The notes: generated from the sequence alone by a model not told the origin. Positions 28,732 through 38,679 are shown, counted from the first letter of the stretch. The stretch: DNA of 64,000 nt from Thermodesulfobacteriota bacterium (GCA_964291405.2 OZ219926.1:4224001-4288000), one strand, 5' to 3'. A program made the numbers and translations.

Positions 28732-29205
28732 ATGACCCACGAGGAAATGGTTCAAGAACTCTGGGACCGAGAACACATTAAAGAACTGACTTACCAGTAC
28801 GGTTTGGCAATCGAGGCCCAGGATGAAGAAAAAATGGCCAATTTGTTTACTGCGGACGGCTCGGTGGATTTCAGTTCCATGGGTCGAGGCGTGATACGAG
28901 GGACAAGCGCCATCAAAGAATTCTACCGTTCAACGTGGCCCCTCAGAGTCAAGCCGTTTTTCACGAATCATGTCATGCACATTCATGGCGATACCGCGAC
29001 CGGCATCTGTTCGGTTGAGAACCGGGCCACCCGCGGCGACGAGAGTCTCATTGGCGCGGGTCGCCTGTATGACGAGTACGTCAAGGTGGACGGGGTGTGG
29101 AAGTTCAAATCCCGCCGGGTGGATATGTTCTACTTCACGCCCATATCCGAGGGCTGGGCGAAAGCCGCTGGCCTCGGAAAATTGGAGGTCGGGCAAGAGT
29201 CCTGA
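28732..29205 (+). CDS. SnoaL_4/NTF2 family protein
   Basis: LWDREHIKEL, LFTADG, YDEYVKVDGVWKF. Confidence 0.88.
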   Translation: MTHEEMVQELWDREHIKELTYQYGLAIEAQDEEKMANLFTADGSVDFSSMGRGVIRGTSAIKEFYRSTWPLRVKPFFTNHVMHIHGDTATGICSVENRATRGDESLIGAGRLYDEYVKVDGVWKFKSRRVDMFYFTPISEGWAKAAGLGKLEVGQES

Positions 29206-29302
29206 GAGCAGCACAATAGGGTTGAATATCATGGCTGAAGATGCTAGCGAAAAAGGGTCGACGAAGTTTGGTAGAGAATAACTGTACGAAGGGAGGCTAC
29301 AG

Positions 29303-29530
29303 ATGAAGCGTTGGACAACAGTTATGGCATTGGCTCTGGCCATAGGACTCATGAGTGCTCCTGTCGGTGTGTATGCGGATAGCCACGAGGCTGGTGAGGA
29401 AACTTCCGACAACGGTGGCGGCGAAGGCAACGGTGGCGGCGATGAGAAAAAGGACGATGGGAACGGCGGTGGCGACGGCGGTGACGGTGCCTGTGGTGGC
29501 GGCGATGCGTCGCATGAGGGCTCGCACTAA
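29303..29530 (+). CDS. small secreted Gly/Asp-rich peptide
   Basis: GGGAGG RBS, Sec signal ending VYA, own terminator. Confidence 0.7.
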   Translation: MKRWTTVMALALAIGLMSAPVGVYADSHEAGEETSDNGGGEGNGGGDEKKDDGNGGGDGGDGACGGGDASHEGSH

Positions 29531-29571
29531 GCCCTTGGACCTTGTATCTCTCACATAAGTAGACAATACGG

Positions 29572-29606
29572 AACGGGGCGTTCTTCAGAAGAACGCCCCG
29601 TTTTTT
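29572..29606 (+). terminator. Rho-independent terminator
   Basis: AACGGGGCGTTCT...AGAACGCCCCGTTTTTT. Confidence 0.88.
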
Positions 29607-29692
29607 ATACAGGAACCTCATCCATAGAAAATATCCTTTTCCGGCTCTATTCCGGTGCTAGGCTAGAGAGCATCACCGGGTTGGGAGAAGTA

Positions 29693-30010
29693 ATGGGGCG
29701 GGCCCTACCCAAGAGCGCTTTCTTTTCGGACGTCACATCGGCTGACATCCAACGCGAAAAAAATCGCGCCCGTGAACTGCGCCGCTCAGCCTGGTGGAAG
29801 CGCAAACGCGCAAGCGGGGTGTGTTATTACTGTCAGCAGCTGTTCCCCCCGGCCGAACTTACCATGGATCACCTTATTCCTCTCGTCCGGGGTGGGAAGT
29901 CAACCAAAGGTAACCTGGTTGCCGCGTGCAAAGACTGCAATAGCAAAAAAAAATATGCTCTCCCCTGGGAGTGGGAAGTCGAGCAAACGCAGTCCTCGTC
30001 TCATGAGTGA
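29693..30010 (+). CDS. small HNH endonuclease
   Basis: CYYC, TMDHLIP..RGG, NLVAACKDCN. Confidence 0.9.
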   Translation: MGRALPKSAFFSDVTSADIQREKNRARELRRSAWWKRKRASGVCYYCQQLFPPAELTMDHLIPLVRGGKSTKGNLVAACKDCNSKKKYALPWEWEVEQTQSSSHE

Positions 30011-30014
30011 GTCG

Positions 30015-30398
30015 TTATGATGGCACCTCGATTTCGAGGGTGTCGCCTGTTCGCCGCACGGGATAAGTCCGAACTGGCCTGCGAGCAGGGCCGCGGAGGA
30101 CTGCTCCGGTTTTCAGATCAAAACGAGCGCCATGCGCTCGGCATATAAGGGTGTGGTCCGTCACGATTCCAGCCGACAGCGGAACTCGATTATGCGGACA
30201 GGCGTTATACAGCGCATAGACCTCTTCGCCCAGTCGAAAAATCGCGATTTTTCTTCCGGCCACGACAACCGGCTTGCCTTGGCCGTCGGGAAAATTGTCC
30301 AACGCGCCGAGTGGAACACAGACGGGAGGCGGTGGGGGCAGAGAAGGAGAAGATAGGGAAGGAAAGAAGCGACGAAGAAATTTCTGGTACAGACTCAA
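30015..30398 (-). CDS. Rieske [2Fe-2S] ferredoxin
   Basis: CPH...CRAH ligands; FDLKTG..GPA. Confidence 0.88.
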   Translation of the reverse strand: MSLYQKFLRRFFPSLSSPSLPPPPPVCVPLGALDNFPDGQGKPVVVAGRKIAIFRLGEEVYALYNACPHNRVPLSAGIVTDHTLICRAHGARFDLKTGAVLRGPARRPVRTYPVRRTGDTLEIEVPS

Positions 30399-30475
30399 AA
30401 CAGACGCCCCCAGAATACGCTCATCCAGCCGTCGAGTCCCCAGTCCCCAACCTCCAACCCCTCATCCTCTCCATT

Positions 30476-31600
30476 CTACTCCGCCGGAAAACCATACAGA
30501 TTGACACAGTTATCGTGTACGATCTTGCGTGTATCGTCTTCTGGAATAGCCGAAAAATTATCCGCCACCTGCTGGCGTGAGAATGGCCACACCCCTTCGG
30601 TGTGTGGGTAATCCGAGCCCCACATCAGGTTTTCGACGCCCATCAACTCGCGGGTGAGCACTCCGGCGCGATCGTCCTCGAACGTGGCATAAAACTGACG
30701 GTGGAAGTAAGTGCTTGGCCGCTCGGGCAAACGTGGCTCCATCCAGCCCTTATGATCCTGCCACCAGTGATCCATAAAACCCAGTGCCGCCCCAATCCAG
30801 CCAATCCCGCTTTCGACCAAGGCCCATTTCAGTTTGGGGAAGCGGATCGGAGCGCCACCCCAAATAATCTGCTGCAGGGTCTCGTTCATCTCAAACTTCA
30901 CAATACCGATGATGATGCCACCAGCACCCGGACCGTGGGAGCGGCCAAACGGGTCACGACCGCCAATGTGAATGCTGGCAATGAGGTTCATATCCTGTAG
31001 TGCGGCCCACAGCGGGTCCCAGTCGGGCAGATTATACGGACGGTCGTCCACCCAGGCCGGTAACATCACACTGACGAGACCCAGCTTGGCGCAGCGCTCC
31101 GTTTCCGCAATGGCCCATTCAATCGGACCCCGGCACGGCACCATGCCCACCCCTTTCAGCCGGTCCGGATAGGCCGAACAATATTCCGCCAGCCAGTCGT
31201 TATACGCCCGGCAGCAGGCGTACAGGTATTCGGCATCGGGGGCACGCACGAGCGTCAGCCCCACCCCAGGATAGATGACCTCCCCGGACACCCCATCCAT
31301 GTCCTGGTCTTTCAGCCGCTCATGCGGGTCCCAGCTCCCAGGACGATTATCCGCATACCGAAAGCCCTTCGGGGCGGGGATATCCATACCCTGAGCCTTG
31401 AGGTCCTGCATTGGCCCCTCAAACGCCAAGGGCCGCGGCCGCAGACCGTCAATGACAATATAATCCCCGCTCTCGTCCAGGGCCTCAATGCGCGGTGCTT
31501 TATCCCGCCATTTCTTGTCCATCCGCGTCAGCCACAGATCAGCTGGCTCCACAATATGAGAATCGGCTGAGAGGAGGCGTTTGGTATAGGGCTCGGTCAT
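30476..31600 (-). CDS. amidohydrolase_2 family protein
   Basis: SADSH, WGSDYPHTE. Confidence 0.9.
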   Translation of the reverse strand: MTEPYTKRLLSADSHIVEPADLWLTRMDKKWRDKAPRIEALDESGDYIVIDGLRPRPLAFEGPMQDLKAQGMDIPAPKGFRYADNRPGSWDPHERLKDQDMDGVSGEVIYPGVGLTLVRAPDAEYLYACCRAYNDWLAEYCSAYPDRLKGVGMVPCRGPIEWAIAETERCAKLGLVSVMLPAWVDDRPYNLPDWDPLWAALQDMNLIASIHIGGRDPFGRSHGPGAGGIIIGIVKFEMNETLQQIIWGGAPIRFPKLKWALVESGIGWIGAALGFMDHWWQDHKGWMEPRLPERPSTYFHRQFYATFEDDRAGVLTRELMGVENLMWGSDYPHTEGVWPFSRQQVADNFSAIPEDDTRKIVHDNCVNLYGFPAE

Positions 31601-31618
31601 GCTTGCACCCCGTCTGTC

Positions 31619-32173
31619 TTACTTCTTCGAAGCTCCCGCCTTTTTCGCCGTCGTCCTCTTTTTTGCCGTCACTCGCTTCTTGGAGGGCGCCCGTTTTGCC
31701 GATGCGGTCCGTTTTCTCGCGGGCTTGAGCGAAACTTTATTACACGTACACGTCCCGACTTGATGCAACTCGATGATATTATCAAAGGGGTCGCGGACAA
31801 ACACTTGGTCTGAATTCTGACCAACGAGGCCCTGGATACCCCAATACCAAATTTTGCGCTTATCGAGCTCTTTCCGCGCGGCCTGAATGTCTTTGACCGC
31901 CAGGGCGACATGGGGCAGGGTGGGGTCTTCTTTCCTAGAGCGGGCCATCGGCGACTTGCCTTTAGCGCCCATCAGATGAATCTGGGTGGTGTTTTTCCCT
32001 TCACCCACATACATCCAAAAACCAGGAATGGACGCAATATTCGGCCGAGCCGGGTCTGTGTCCAAACCCAAAACATCAGCATAAAACTTCCGCGCTTTTT
32101 CCGCATCCTTTTGGGTATTGCCGATACGAATCCCGTGATGATGCAGCTCCACAACTTCAATAGCCATACTCAT
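31619..32173 (-). CDS. VOC family protein with Lys/Ala-rich C-terminal tail
   Basis: LHHHGI, QIHLM, PHVALAV, DPFDNIIEL; tail KRAPSKKRVTAKKRTTAKK. Confidence 0.85.
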   Translation of the reverse strand: MSMAIEVVELHHHGIRIGNTQKDAEKARKFYADVLGLDTDPARPNIASIPGFWMYVGEGKNTTQIHLMGAKGKSPMARSRKEDPTLPHVALAVKDIQAARKELDKRKIWYWGIQGLVGQNSDQVFVRDPFDNIIELHQVGTCTCNKVSLKPARKRTASAKRAPSKKRVTAKKRTTAKKAGASKK

Positions 32174-32476
32174 CCCTCCTTGGAGTAATATGGTGCCAGG
32201 TATAGCACAAGCGGGACAGAAAGGGAAAAGCGTCCTCTCTCTCGGTCGTTCAGCGGTATGCATTCTTCTTTGCACGAGGAGGGATCGTGAGGACGAGTGA
32301 CAACGGTATCAAGAATAGTGTAGGATGCGGATGGAGAGAAGAAGCGCACCTCGCACCCTATCTGAGGAAACTCCATCAATCTCGTTTCCTGGTCACAGAG
32401 GTATATCCGGAAGACCTGGAAGTGTCACAAGGCAACAGAGCCCGCCTGTTGCGCAAAAAGGAATACTGAGCCGTTT

Positions 32477-33478
32477 ATGTCTTCACAACAACGCACAACG
32501 CCGCCCGCCCGCCTGGAGATTGTGAAAGGCCCATGGACGCCCATGGCCAAACAGCAGGCGCTCGAGCGAGAAGTGCTGGGGTATTATATCGAATATTTCA
32601 ACCGGGCCATGAAAACGCGCAATTGGTCACCGTGGCACGATTTCCCGCTTCAAGAGATGCGTCAGTTCGGGGAGCGACTGAGCAAAGAAACGGTCAATCT
32701 CCTGGAGGGCTTCCTCGGCGTAGAAGAATACGTCGCCGACTATGTGATGGCAGGACTGGAACTCTTTCGCCACAATCGTACCCGGCGGAACATGCAGTTA
32801 CAGTGGGGGACAGAAGAATCGCGCCACGGCGTTGCCTGGGAAATCGTGTTGCAGCATTCCGGGGTCCGCACTGAGGCAGAAATCCAAGCCTATCTCACTA
32901 AGGTGCAAGCAGCACGGTGGAAACTAGAACAGCACTCCGGCCTCGATACGCCGCTCGGAAGCACGGTCTACGCCATGGTTCAGGAGCGCGCGACCTATTT
33001 CAACTATCAAGAAATGCGGGCGCGCGTTCGTGAAGAATACAGCCTGCCGGTCGCGCCTACGCAGCAAGAGAAGAAGCGCGGCTCTGAGATCGGAGCTTCG
33101 GAAGCCGTGCGCGTGGTTAGTCAGGATGAGATCTCCCATCATGGTCTCTTTCTGAAGATTGTCCAGAGCCATATCAAATACTTCCCGTCGCTCACGTTCG
33201 AGACTATGAACACCGTCTTTCGTGGGTTTGAGATGCCGGCCCTGCGCTTTATTCCGAATGCCCGCAGTTATCTACGCGCTGTCTTGCGGACCAAGCTGTA
33301 CAGTGGTGAGATCCACCGTCAACAGGTCCATAACCCCATCTTGAAAGCCCTAGGATTGGAGGGCAACGACGCCTTTGAGAAGGCGGTTCAATCCGCCCGC
33401 TACCTCCCTGATGATCTCGGTCCGGACGGTATTACACTCAGCCGGACAGGCGAGTGGATTGTCGCGTACAGCCAATAA
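32477..33478 (+). CDS. acyl-ACP desaturase-like diiron (ferritin-like) protein
   Basis: WGTEESRHG, QERAT, DEISHH, FEMP diiron motifs. Confidence 0.8.
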   Translation: MSSQQRTTPPARLEIVKGPWTPMAKQQALEREVLGYYIEYFNRAMKTRNWSPWHDFPLQEMRQFGERLSKETVNLLEGFLGVEEYVADYVMAGLELFRHNRTRRNMQLQWGTEESRHGVAWEIVLQHSGVRTEAEIQAYLTKVQAARWKLEQHSGLDTPLGSTVYAMVQERATYFNYQEMRARVREEYSLPVAPTQQEKKRGSEIGASEAVRVVSQDEISHHGLFLKIVQSHIKYFPSLTFETMNTVFRGFEMPALRFIPNARSYLRAVLRTKLYSGEIHRQQVHNPILKALGLEGNDAFEKAVQSARYLPDDLGPDGITLSRTGEWIVAYSQ

Positions 33479-33502
33479 CGAAGTGATTGAAGCCGACGCG
33501 TC

Positions 33503-34399
33503 TTAGCGCCGGGCCGCCACCCCAACGCCAATCAACACAATGAGCCCGCCAACCAGATGGGGCAGCGTTAATGCCTCGTCGAGAAAGACATACGCGATCC
33601 CAATGGCCAGGACCGGCACGAGGTTGATAAACACACCCGCGCGGCTCGGTCCCAGGATCTCAACCGCCTGGTAATACCAGAAGTGGGCGAAAGTCCCGAG
33701 TGTGCTCTGGTAGGCCACCGCCAACCAGGAGTCCCAGCGCGTTTCGGCCACCTGCCAGCTCTCCCATTCGGTCAGCCAGCAGGCAATGAGTAAATACGTT
33801 GCGCCGGCAATATACGCATAGGTCGTTGCCGTCAGCGGAGAGACCACCTGCATGAGGTGACGGCCGTAGGTCGTATAGATACCCCAGGCAAACAGCGTGG
33901 CAACAATAATCAGATCGCCCGGGTTGTACGCGCTGGCGGTAATGACCTGCCACGAGCCTCGCGAAACAATCACCCCAACGCCAACAATGGAGATCACAAT
34001 GCCCAGGAGAATCTTAGCTGACATTTTCTCTCTCAGAAATATGGCTGCCAGGAGCGCAATGGCAATCGGCGACGCTGCATTGAGCAGGGCCGCATTCGTG
34101 GCCGTGGTTAAACGTAGTCCCTGATAACTGCCGCCCACAGACAGCAGATAGCCGGTGAAACCGAGAAAAAGAAAACTGCCAATCAGGCGGGGTGTCCAGT
34201 TGACCGGCATCTCTTCCGCGTCGTTCTTGCGCTGAAGATAAAGAAAGAGGAGGGCCGCGCCAATGGTTAGACGAATGGCCGCAAACGTAAAGGGCGGGAT
34301 GCTGCGCAGGGCGACTTTCCCGGTGGGAAACAGGCCGGCCCATACCAGGGCCGTCAGGATCATCAGCAGCAGGGCGCGGCGTTGGGGGGATAGGGCCAT
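33503..34399 (-). CDS. DMT/EamA family transporter
   Basis: About 10 TM segments; two EamA repeats. Confidence 0.9.
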   Translation of the reverse strand: MALSPQRRALLLMILTALVWAGLFPTGKVALRSIPPFTFAAIRLTIGAALLFLYLQRKNDAEEMPVNWTPRLIGSFLFLGFTGYLLSVGGSYQGLRLTTATNAALLNAASPIAIALLAAIFLREKMSAKILLGIVISIVGVGVIVSRGSWQVITASAYNPGDLIIVATLFAWGIYTTYGRHLMQVVSPLTATTYAYIAGATYLLIACWLTEWESWQVAETRWDSWLAVAYQSTLGTFAHFWYYQAVEILGPSRAGVFINLVPVLAIGIAYVFLDEALTLPHLVGGLIVLIGVGVAARR

Positions 34400-34446
34400 G
34401 TGAACGCGGGGTAAATCGTAGGCAGGTCAAATCGAGTGGAATAACG

Positions 34447-35469
34447 CTAGCGCAGGGCTGGCATGATTTCTTTGGCAAACACCCGCACGGCCTCTCGATC
34501 GTACAGGCCCGGACGACGCAAATTAATAATGAAGTGGGTGACGCCAATATCGATATACGTCTGGAGTTGGGCGCGGATCTCAGCCGGTGTGCCGGCGAGA
34601 ATAGTCTGACGTGCCTCTTCTTCAGTCAGACCCCGTATGGTCATGGCGCGTTGCAGCACCTGTTGCAGCGCTTCGGGGCTCGGGTTGAGGTACATCGGGG
34701 TCAGGTAGGAGCGCTCAATTTCGCTACAGTCTCGGTTGATGTCTTGGCAGTATTGTTCAAGCACCTGATTCTTCTTAGCAAACTGGCCGGGCGAAAGAAT
34801 CGGCGCATTCCACATCTGGGCATAGCGGGCGACAATCGGCAGAGTCAACTTTTCACCGACCCCGCCAATCATAATCGGCGGCATTGGTTGCTGCACCGGC
34901 TTCGGGACAAACGGCGCGTCCACCAGTGAGTAATATTTGCCCGCATGCGACGCGGTCGGGCTGGCTTGCCAGAGCTTGGTGATCACTTGCAGCGCTTCGT
35001 CCAGACGGCGGGCGCGGCCTTTCATCGTAGAGAACTCGACCCCATAGGCTTCGTGCTCACGTTTAAACCAGCCCGAGCCGATACCAAAAATAAGCCGGCC
35101 GTTGCTCAGATGGTCCACCGTGGTCGCCATTTTTGCCAGGATGGACGGATGGCGAAAGGTATTGCTCGTCACCATACAGCCAATCTGGATTTTTGAGGTG
35201 GAGGCCGCCATCGCTCCGAGCAGGGTCCAGGACTCAAGCATGGCCCCGTCTGACGGACCCACACTGGGCAGCAGGTGATCGTTCACCCATAAAGTATCGA
35301 ATCCCAAGGCCTCGGCTTCCTGCCACACGTCCCTGAGTTCTTCGACCGTGGTTTGCTGTTGCGCGACTTGCAGGCCAAAGCGGATGGACGGCTTCTTGTC
35401 TTCGGCTTGCACCGGAACGTTCAAGAGCACCAGACAGGCAGTCACGAGCCAATACACAGACGTACGCAT
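34447..35469 (-). CDS. F420-dependent LLM oxidoreductase with N-terminal signal peptide
   Basis: WVNDH, FRHPSILAKMATTVDHLSNGRL, IMIGGVGEK; N-terminus MRTSVYWLVTACLVLLNVPVQA. Confidence 0.88.
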   Translation of the reverse strand: MRTSVYWLVTACLVLLNVPVQAEDKKPSIRFGLQVAQQQTTVEELRDVWQEAEALGFDTLWVNDHLLPSVGPSDGAMLESWTLLGAMAASTSKIQIGCMVTSNTFRHPSILAKMATTVDHLSNGRLIFGIGSGWFKREHEAYGVEFSTMKGRARRLDEALQVITKLWQASPTASHAGKYYSLVDAPFVPKPVQQPMPPIMIGGVGEKLTLPIVARYAQMWNAPILSPGQFAKKNQVLEQYCQDINRDCSEIERSYLTPMYLNPSPEALQQVLQRAMTIRGLTEEEARQTILAGTPAEIRAQLQTYIDIGVTHFIINLRRPGLYDREAVRVFAKEIMPALR

Positions 35470-35564
35470 AGGATATCCCCCTCCCTGGCACGCCTACCAG
35501 CTATACCGGGACGGCTCAAGTTCCTGGACGTGAGATGCAAGGGGGGGAGATGCAGAAGAAGAGC

Positions 35565-36575
35565 CTACACCCCACTGCGGGCTTCTCCCCCCGGTATGTC
35601 TTCCTGCTCCACCTCAAACCCGGCGGCTTCAACGAGTTGATGGGCGTCTTGGGCCTGCTGGCCTGGGGTGGTGAGATAGCCTTCGACAAAAATCGAGTTC
35701 GCCGGATAGAATGCCAGCCCCGACCACTGGCCGAGATAGAGTTCGCGTCCCGCAGCCATGCGGATTTCGCTGCGCGGATTCAGGAAGCGCATCAGGCAGA
35801 GCGCCTTAAGCCCACGGACGGGATTGAAGTCTTTGCGCGAACCGAGCGGCGTACCGTCAATAGGATACAGAAAATTGACCGGCACGGAGTCGATGTCCAG
35901 CGCCCGGACGGCGTAGGCCAATTCGACCACGTCCTCGTCTTCTTCCCCCATACCGATAATGCCGCCGCTACATGTGGACAGCCCGGCCCGCTTGACGTTT
36001 TTGACGGTCTCAACCCGATCCTCATAGGTATGCGTTGAGCAGATCTCCGCGTAAAACTCACGGCTGGTGTTGAGGTTGTGGTTGACCCAGCCGACGCCAG
36101 CGTCTTTGAGCGTACGAGCCTGGGGTTCGCTCATGAGTCCTAGAGAGACACAAATCTCCAGACCGGGAAACTCGGCTTTGATCTGGCGGGTCGCTGCGGT
36201 CAGATGGTCAATATCGCGCTCATTGGGGCCACGTCCGCTGGCGACCATGCAATAGCGCCGCGCGCCAGCCTGGGCGGCCTTGCGGGCACCGGCAAGCAGT
36301 TCGTCCGTTGAGAGCAGGCGGTATTTGTCAATCGGAGCTTTGGAGATGGAGGACTGGGAACAATAATTGCAATCTTCCGGGCATAAGCCGCTGCGAGCGT
36401 TTTGTAAGACGCAGATTTTGACCTTTCGCCCAAAGAACTTTTCTCGCACCGTGAAGGCCGCCTGCAGCAGGTCGGATAGCTCCTCGTCGGCGGTCTGTAG
36501 GACAGCGAAGGCGTCTTCACGCGACAGTAACTCGCCGGCTAATGATTGGGTCGCGAAGTGCGAGAAGCTATTCAT
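35565..36575 (-). CDS. bioB: biotin synthase
   Basis: CPEDCNYC radical SAM motif, NHNLN, SVPVNFL, ANSIF. Confidence 0.96.
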   Translation of the reverse strand: MNSFSHFATQSLAGELLSREDAFAVLQTADEELSDLLQAAFTVREKFFGRKVKICVLQNARSGLCPEDCNYCSQSSISKAPIDKYRLLSTDELLAGARKAAQAGARRYCMVASGRGPNERDIDHLTAATRQIKAEFPGLEICVSLGLMSEPQARTLKDAGVGWVNHNLNTSREFYAEICSTHTYEDRVETVKNVKRAGLSTCSGGIIGMGEEDEDVVELAYAVRALDIDSVPVNFLYPIDGTPLGSRKDFNPVRGLKALCLMRFLNPRSEIRMAAGRELYLGQWSGLAFYPANSIFVEGYLTTPGQQAQDAHQLVEAAGFEVEQEDIPGGEARSGV

Positions 36576-36619
36576 ACGGTTTTCCCTTTCCGTCAAAGCG
36601 CGCTGCGCAGGACTCTGCT

Positions 36620-37327
36620 CTATCCGAGCAGTCCGGGAAGATCAACTGCTGTGGCGAACAGCTCGCTCAGTATCCTGCGGTCCCGGTCGATGTCTTCGCT
36701 CAGCGTAAGATGAGGAATAATGCCACGGCACGGTACATCAGTCAGGCCGGCCAAGGTTGCCGCGTTGGTTTTGATGGCATCATCCGCGGTCTGGGTCGGA
36801 TGGTTGAGGATATAACCAGCCAGAGGTAAACCACGGGTCTCAATACAGTGCAGCGTCAGCAAGGTATGATTCAACGCCCCCAGCTTTGAGCCGACTACGA
36901 CGAGAATCGGAATCCCAAGATCGCGAGCCAAGTCGGCAAATGAGTAGCGGCCTACGAGCGGCACCAGCAGACCGCCGGCACCCTCTACCAGCGTCACCTC
37001 GTGCTGGTTGGCAATCGACTGAAAAACCTTGACAATCCGCTCCGGCCGGATGGTCACGCTGGCCTGCTCGGCCGCCACACTCGGGGCGACCGGTGGAGAA
37101 AAACGGTAGGGACACACGGTCTCAAGAGATAAGCTGCTGCGGGCATAGCCAGCCAGACGCATGGCGTCGTCCGGGTACAGAACCCCGTCTCGTCTATCGC
37201 AGCCGGTTTCTGCCGGCTTGAGTACGCCCACCCGTTTGCCTTGGGCGGTCAGGGCCGCGGCAATGCCACAGCCCACCAGAGTCTTGCCGATGCCGGTATC
37301 CGTGCCGGTGATAAACAGGCTGGTCAT
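36620..37327 (-). CDS. bioD: dethiobiotin synthase
   Basis: TGTDTGIGKT, VEGAGG, LGALNH. Confidence 0.96.
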   Translation of the reverse strand: MTSLFITGTDTGIGKTLVGCGIAAALTAQGKRVGVLKPAETGCDRRDGVLYPDDAMRLAGYARSSLSLETVCPYRFSPPVAPSVAAEQASVTIRPERIVKVFQSIANQHEVTLVEGAGGLLVPLVGRYSFADLARDLGIPILVVVGSKLGALNHTLLTLHCIETRGLPLAGYILNHPTQTADDAIKTNAATLAGLTDVPCRGIIPHLTLSEDIDRDRRILSELFATAVDLPGLLG

Positions 37328-38679
37328 GTGACGGTCTGAATGGAGGTGTGGACAACATCGAGCAGGTGTGACAACTCAGCCTCGGTAATACTAAGCGGCG
37401 GCATGAGAACGATGATGCTGCCCAACGGCCGAATCATTACTCCGTGCCTGCGGGCCTCCTGGATGACCTGAATGCCGATCTTCTCAGCAGGATTATAGGC
37501 AACCTTTTTGGCCGGGTCGCGCATCAATTCGATCCCGACCATCATGCCCCACTGCCGAATGTCGGCCACATGGGGGAGGGGGGCGATATCGGTCTGGAGA
37601 CGTTGGGTCAACAGGGTGATCTTGGGCTGCAAGCGCTCAAGGATCTGCCCCTCGGCAAAAACCTCCAGGCTGGCCAGAGCCGCGGCGCAGGCCACGGGAT
37701 TGCCGGTATATGTATGGCCGTGAAAAAAGGTCTTGAACTCTTCGTAGGGCGCGAGAAAAGCGGAAAAAATTTCCTCGGTTGCCAGGGTGGCCGCGAGTGG
37801 CAGATAGCCGCCGGTAATGCCCTTGGCCACGCAGAACAAGTCCGGACTGACGTTCGCATGTTCGCAGGCAAACATTTTTCCGGTGCGGCCAAACCCGGTG
37901 GCCACCTCGTCACAGATGAAGAGGACGCCGTACTGCTGCGTGAGCTGTCGCAGAGCACGCACGTATTCGACCGGATGCGCCCACATTCCGGCCGCACCCT
38001 GCATAAGGGGTTCTATAATCACGGCTGCCAGCTCTTCATGCTGCCGGGCGAGTGTATGTTCGGCCTCTTCCTGGGCTGCAGCCAGCGCCTGCTCGGCAGA
38101 CATACCGCGCACAAAGCGAAACACATGCGGCGGGGTCAGCCGGACTGTATCTGCCAAAAGGGGCCGATAAAAATGATGAAAAAGTTCGGAGTAGCCCACG
38201 CTGACCGCGCCCAGGGTATCGCCGTGGTAGGCTTCGACTAAGGAGGCGAATTTTGTGCGCCGGGTTTCTCCACGCAACTGCCAGTACTGAAACGCCAGTT
38301 TAAGTGCGATTTCCGTGGCGGTGGCTCCCGCGTCCGAATAGAACACACGGGTCAGCCCGGACGGCGCCAGTTCAACCAGTTTTTTGGCCAGCAGTATGGA
38401 CGGGATATTGGCCAGCCCGAGCATGGTCGAATGCGAGATCCGGTTGACCTGCTCGGTAATGGCGGTGTTGAGGCGGGGATGGGTATGGCCGTGAATATTG
38501 CACCATAACGAAGAGACCCCGTCCAGATAGCGTTTGCCGTTGACATCAATCAGATAATTGCCTTCGCCCCTGGCAATTATAATCGGGTCTTCCTGCAACC
38601 AGTCTTGCATCTGGGTAAACGGATGCCACACATAGCTATGATCCCAGGCTTTGAGGTCGGCATACGACGGGCTGCTCAT
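37324..38679 (-). CDS. bioA: adenosylmethionine-8-amino-7-oxononanoate aminotransferase
   Basis: WHPFTQM, DEVATGFGRTG, AKGITGGYLP, FFHGHTY. Confidence 0.96.
   Translation of the reverse strand: MSSPSYADLKAWDHSYVWHPFTQMQDWLQEDPIIIARGEGNYLIDVNGKRYLDGVSSLWCNIHGHTHPRLNTAITEQVNRISHSTMLGLANIPSILLAKKLVELAPSGLTRVFYSDAGATATEIALKLAFQYWQLRGETRRTKFASLVEAYHGDTLGAVSVGYSELFHHFYRPLLADTVRLTPPHVFRFVRGMSAEQALAAAQEEAEHTLARQHEELAAVIIEPLMQGAAGMWAHPVEYVRALRQLTQQYGVLFICDEVATGFGRTGKMFACEHANVSPDLFCVAKGITGGYLPLAATLATEEIFSAFLAPYEEFKTFFHGHTYTGNPVACAAALASLEVFAEGQILERLQPKITLLTQRLQTDIAPLPHVADIRQWGMMVGIELMRDPAKKVAYNPAEKIGIQVIQEARRHGVMIRPLGSIIVLMPPLSITEAELSHLLDVVHTSIQTVT

Noticed and set aside
29225-29250. sigma54 promoter upstream of the small secreted peptide
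   Set aside because: GG-to-GC spacing is not the required 10 nt
29693-30010. HNH gene as a mobile or defence element
   Set aside because: Short stand-alone HNH with no flanking repeats, methylase or integrase
32391-32437. GTCAC half-sites upstream of the desaturase as members of the Crp-type regulon
   Set aside because: TGTCAC-N3-GCAACA has the wrong spacing and the other site is too degenerate
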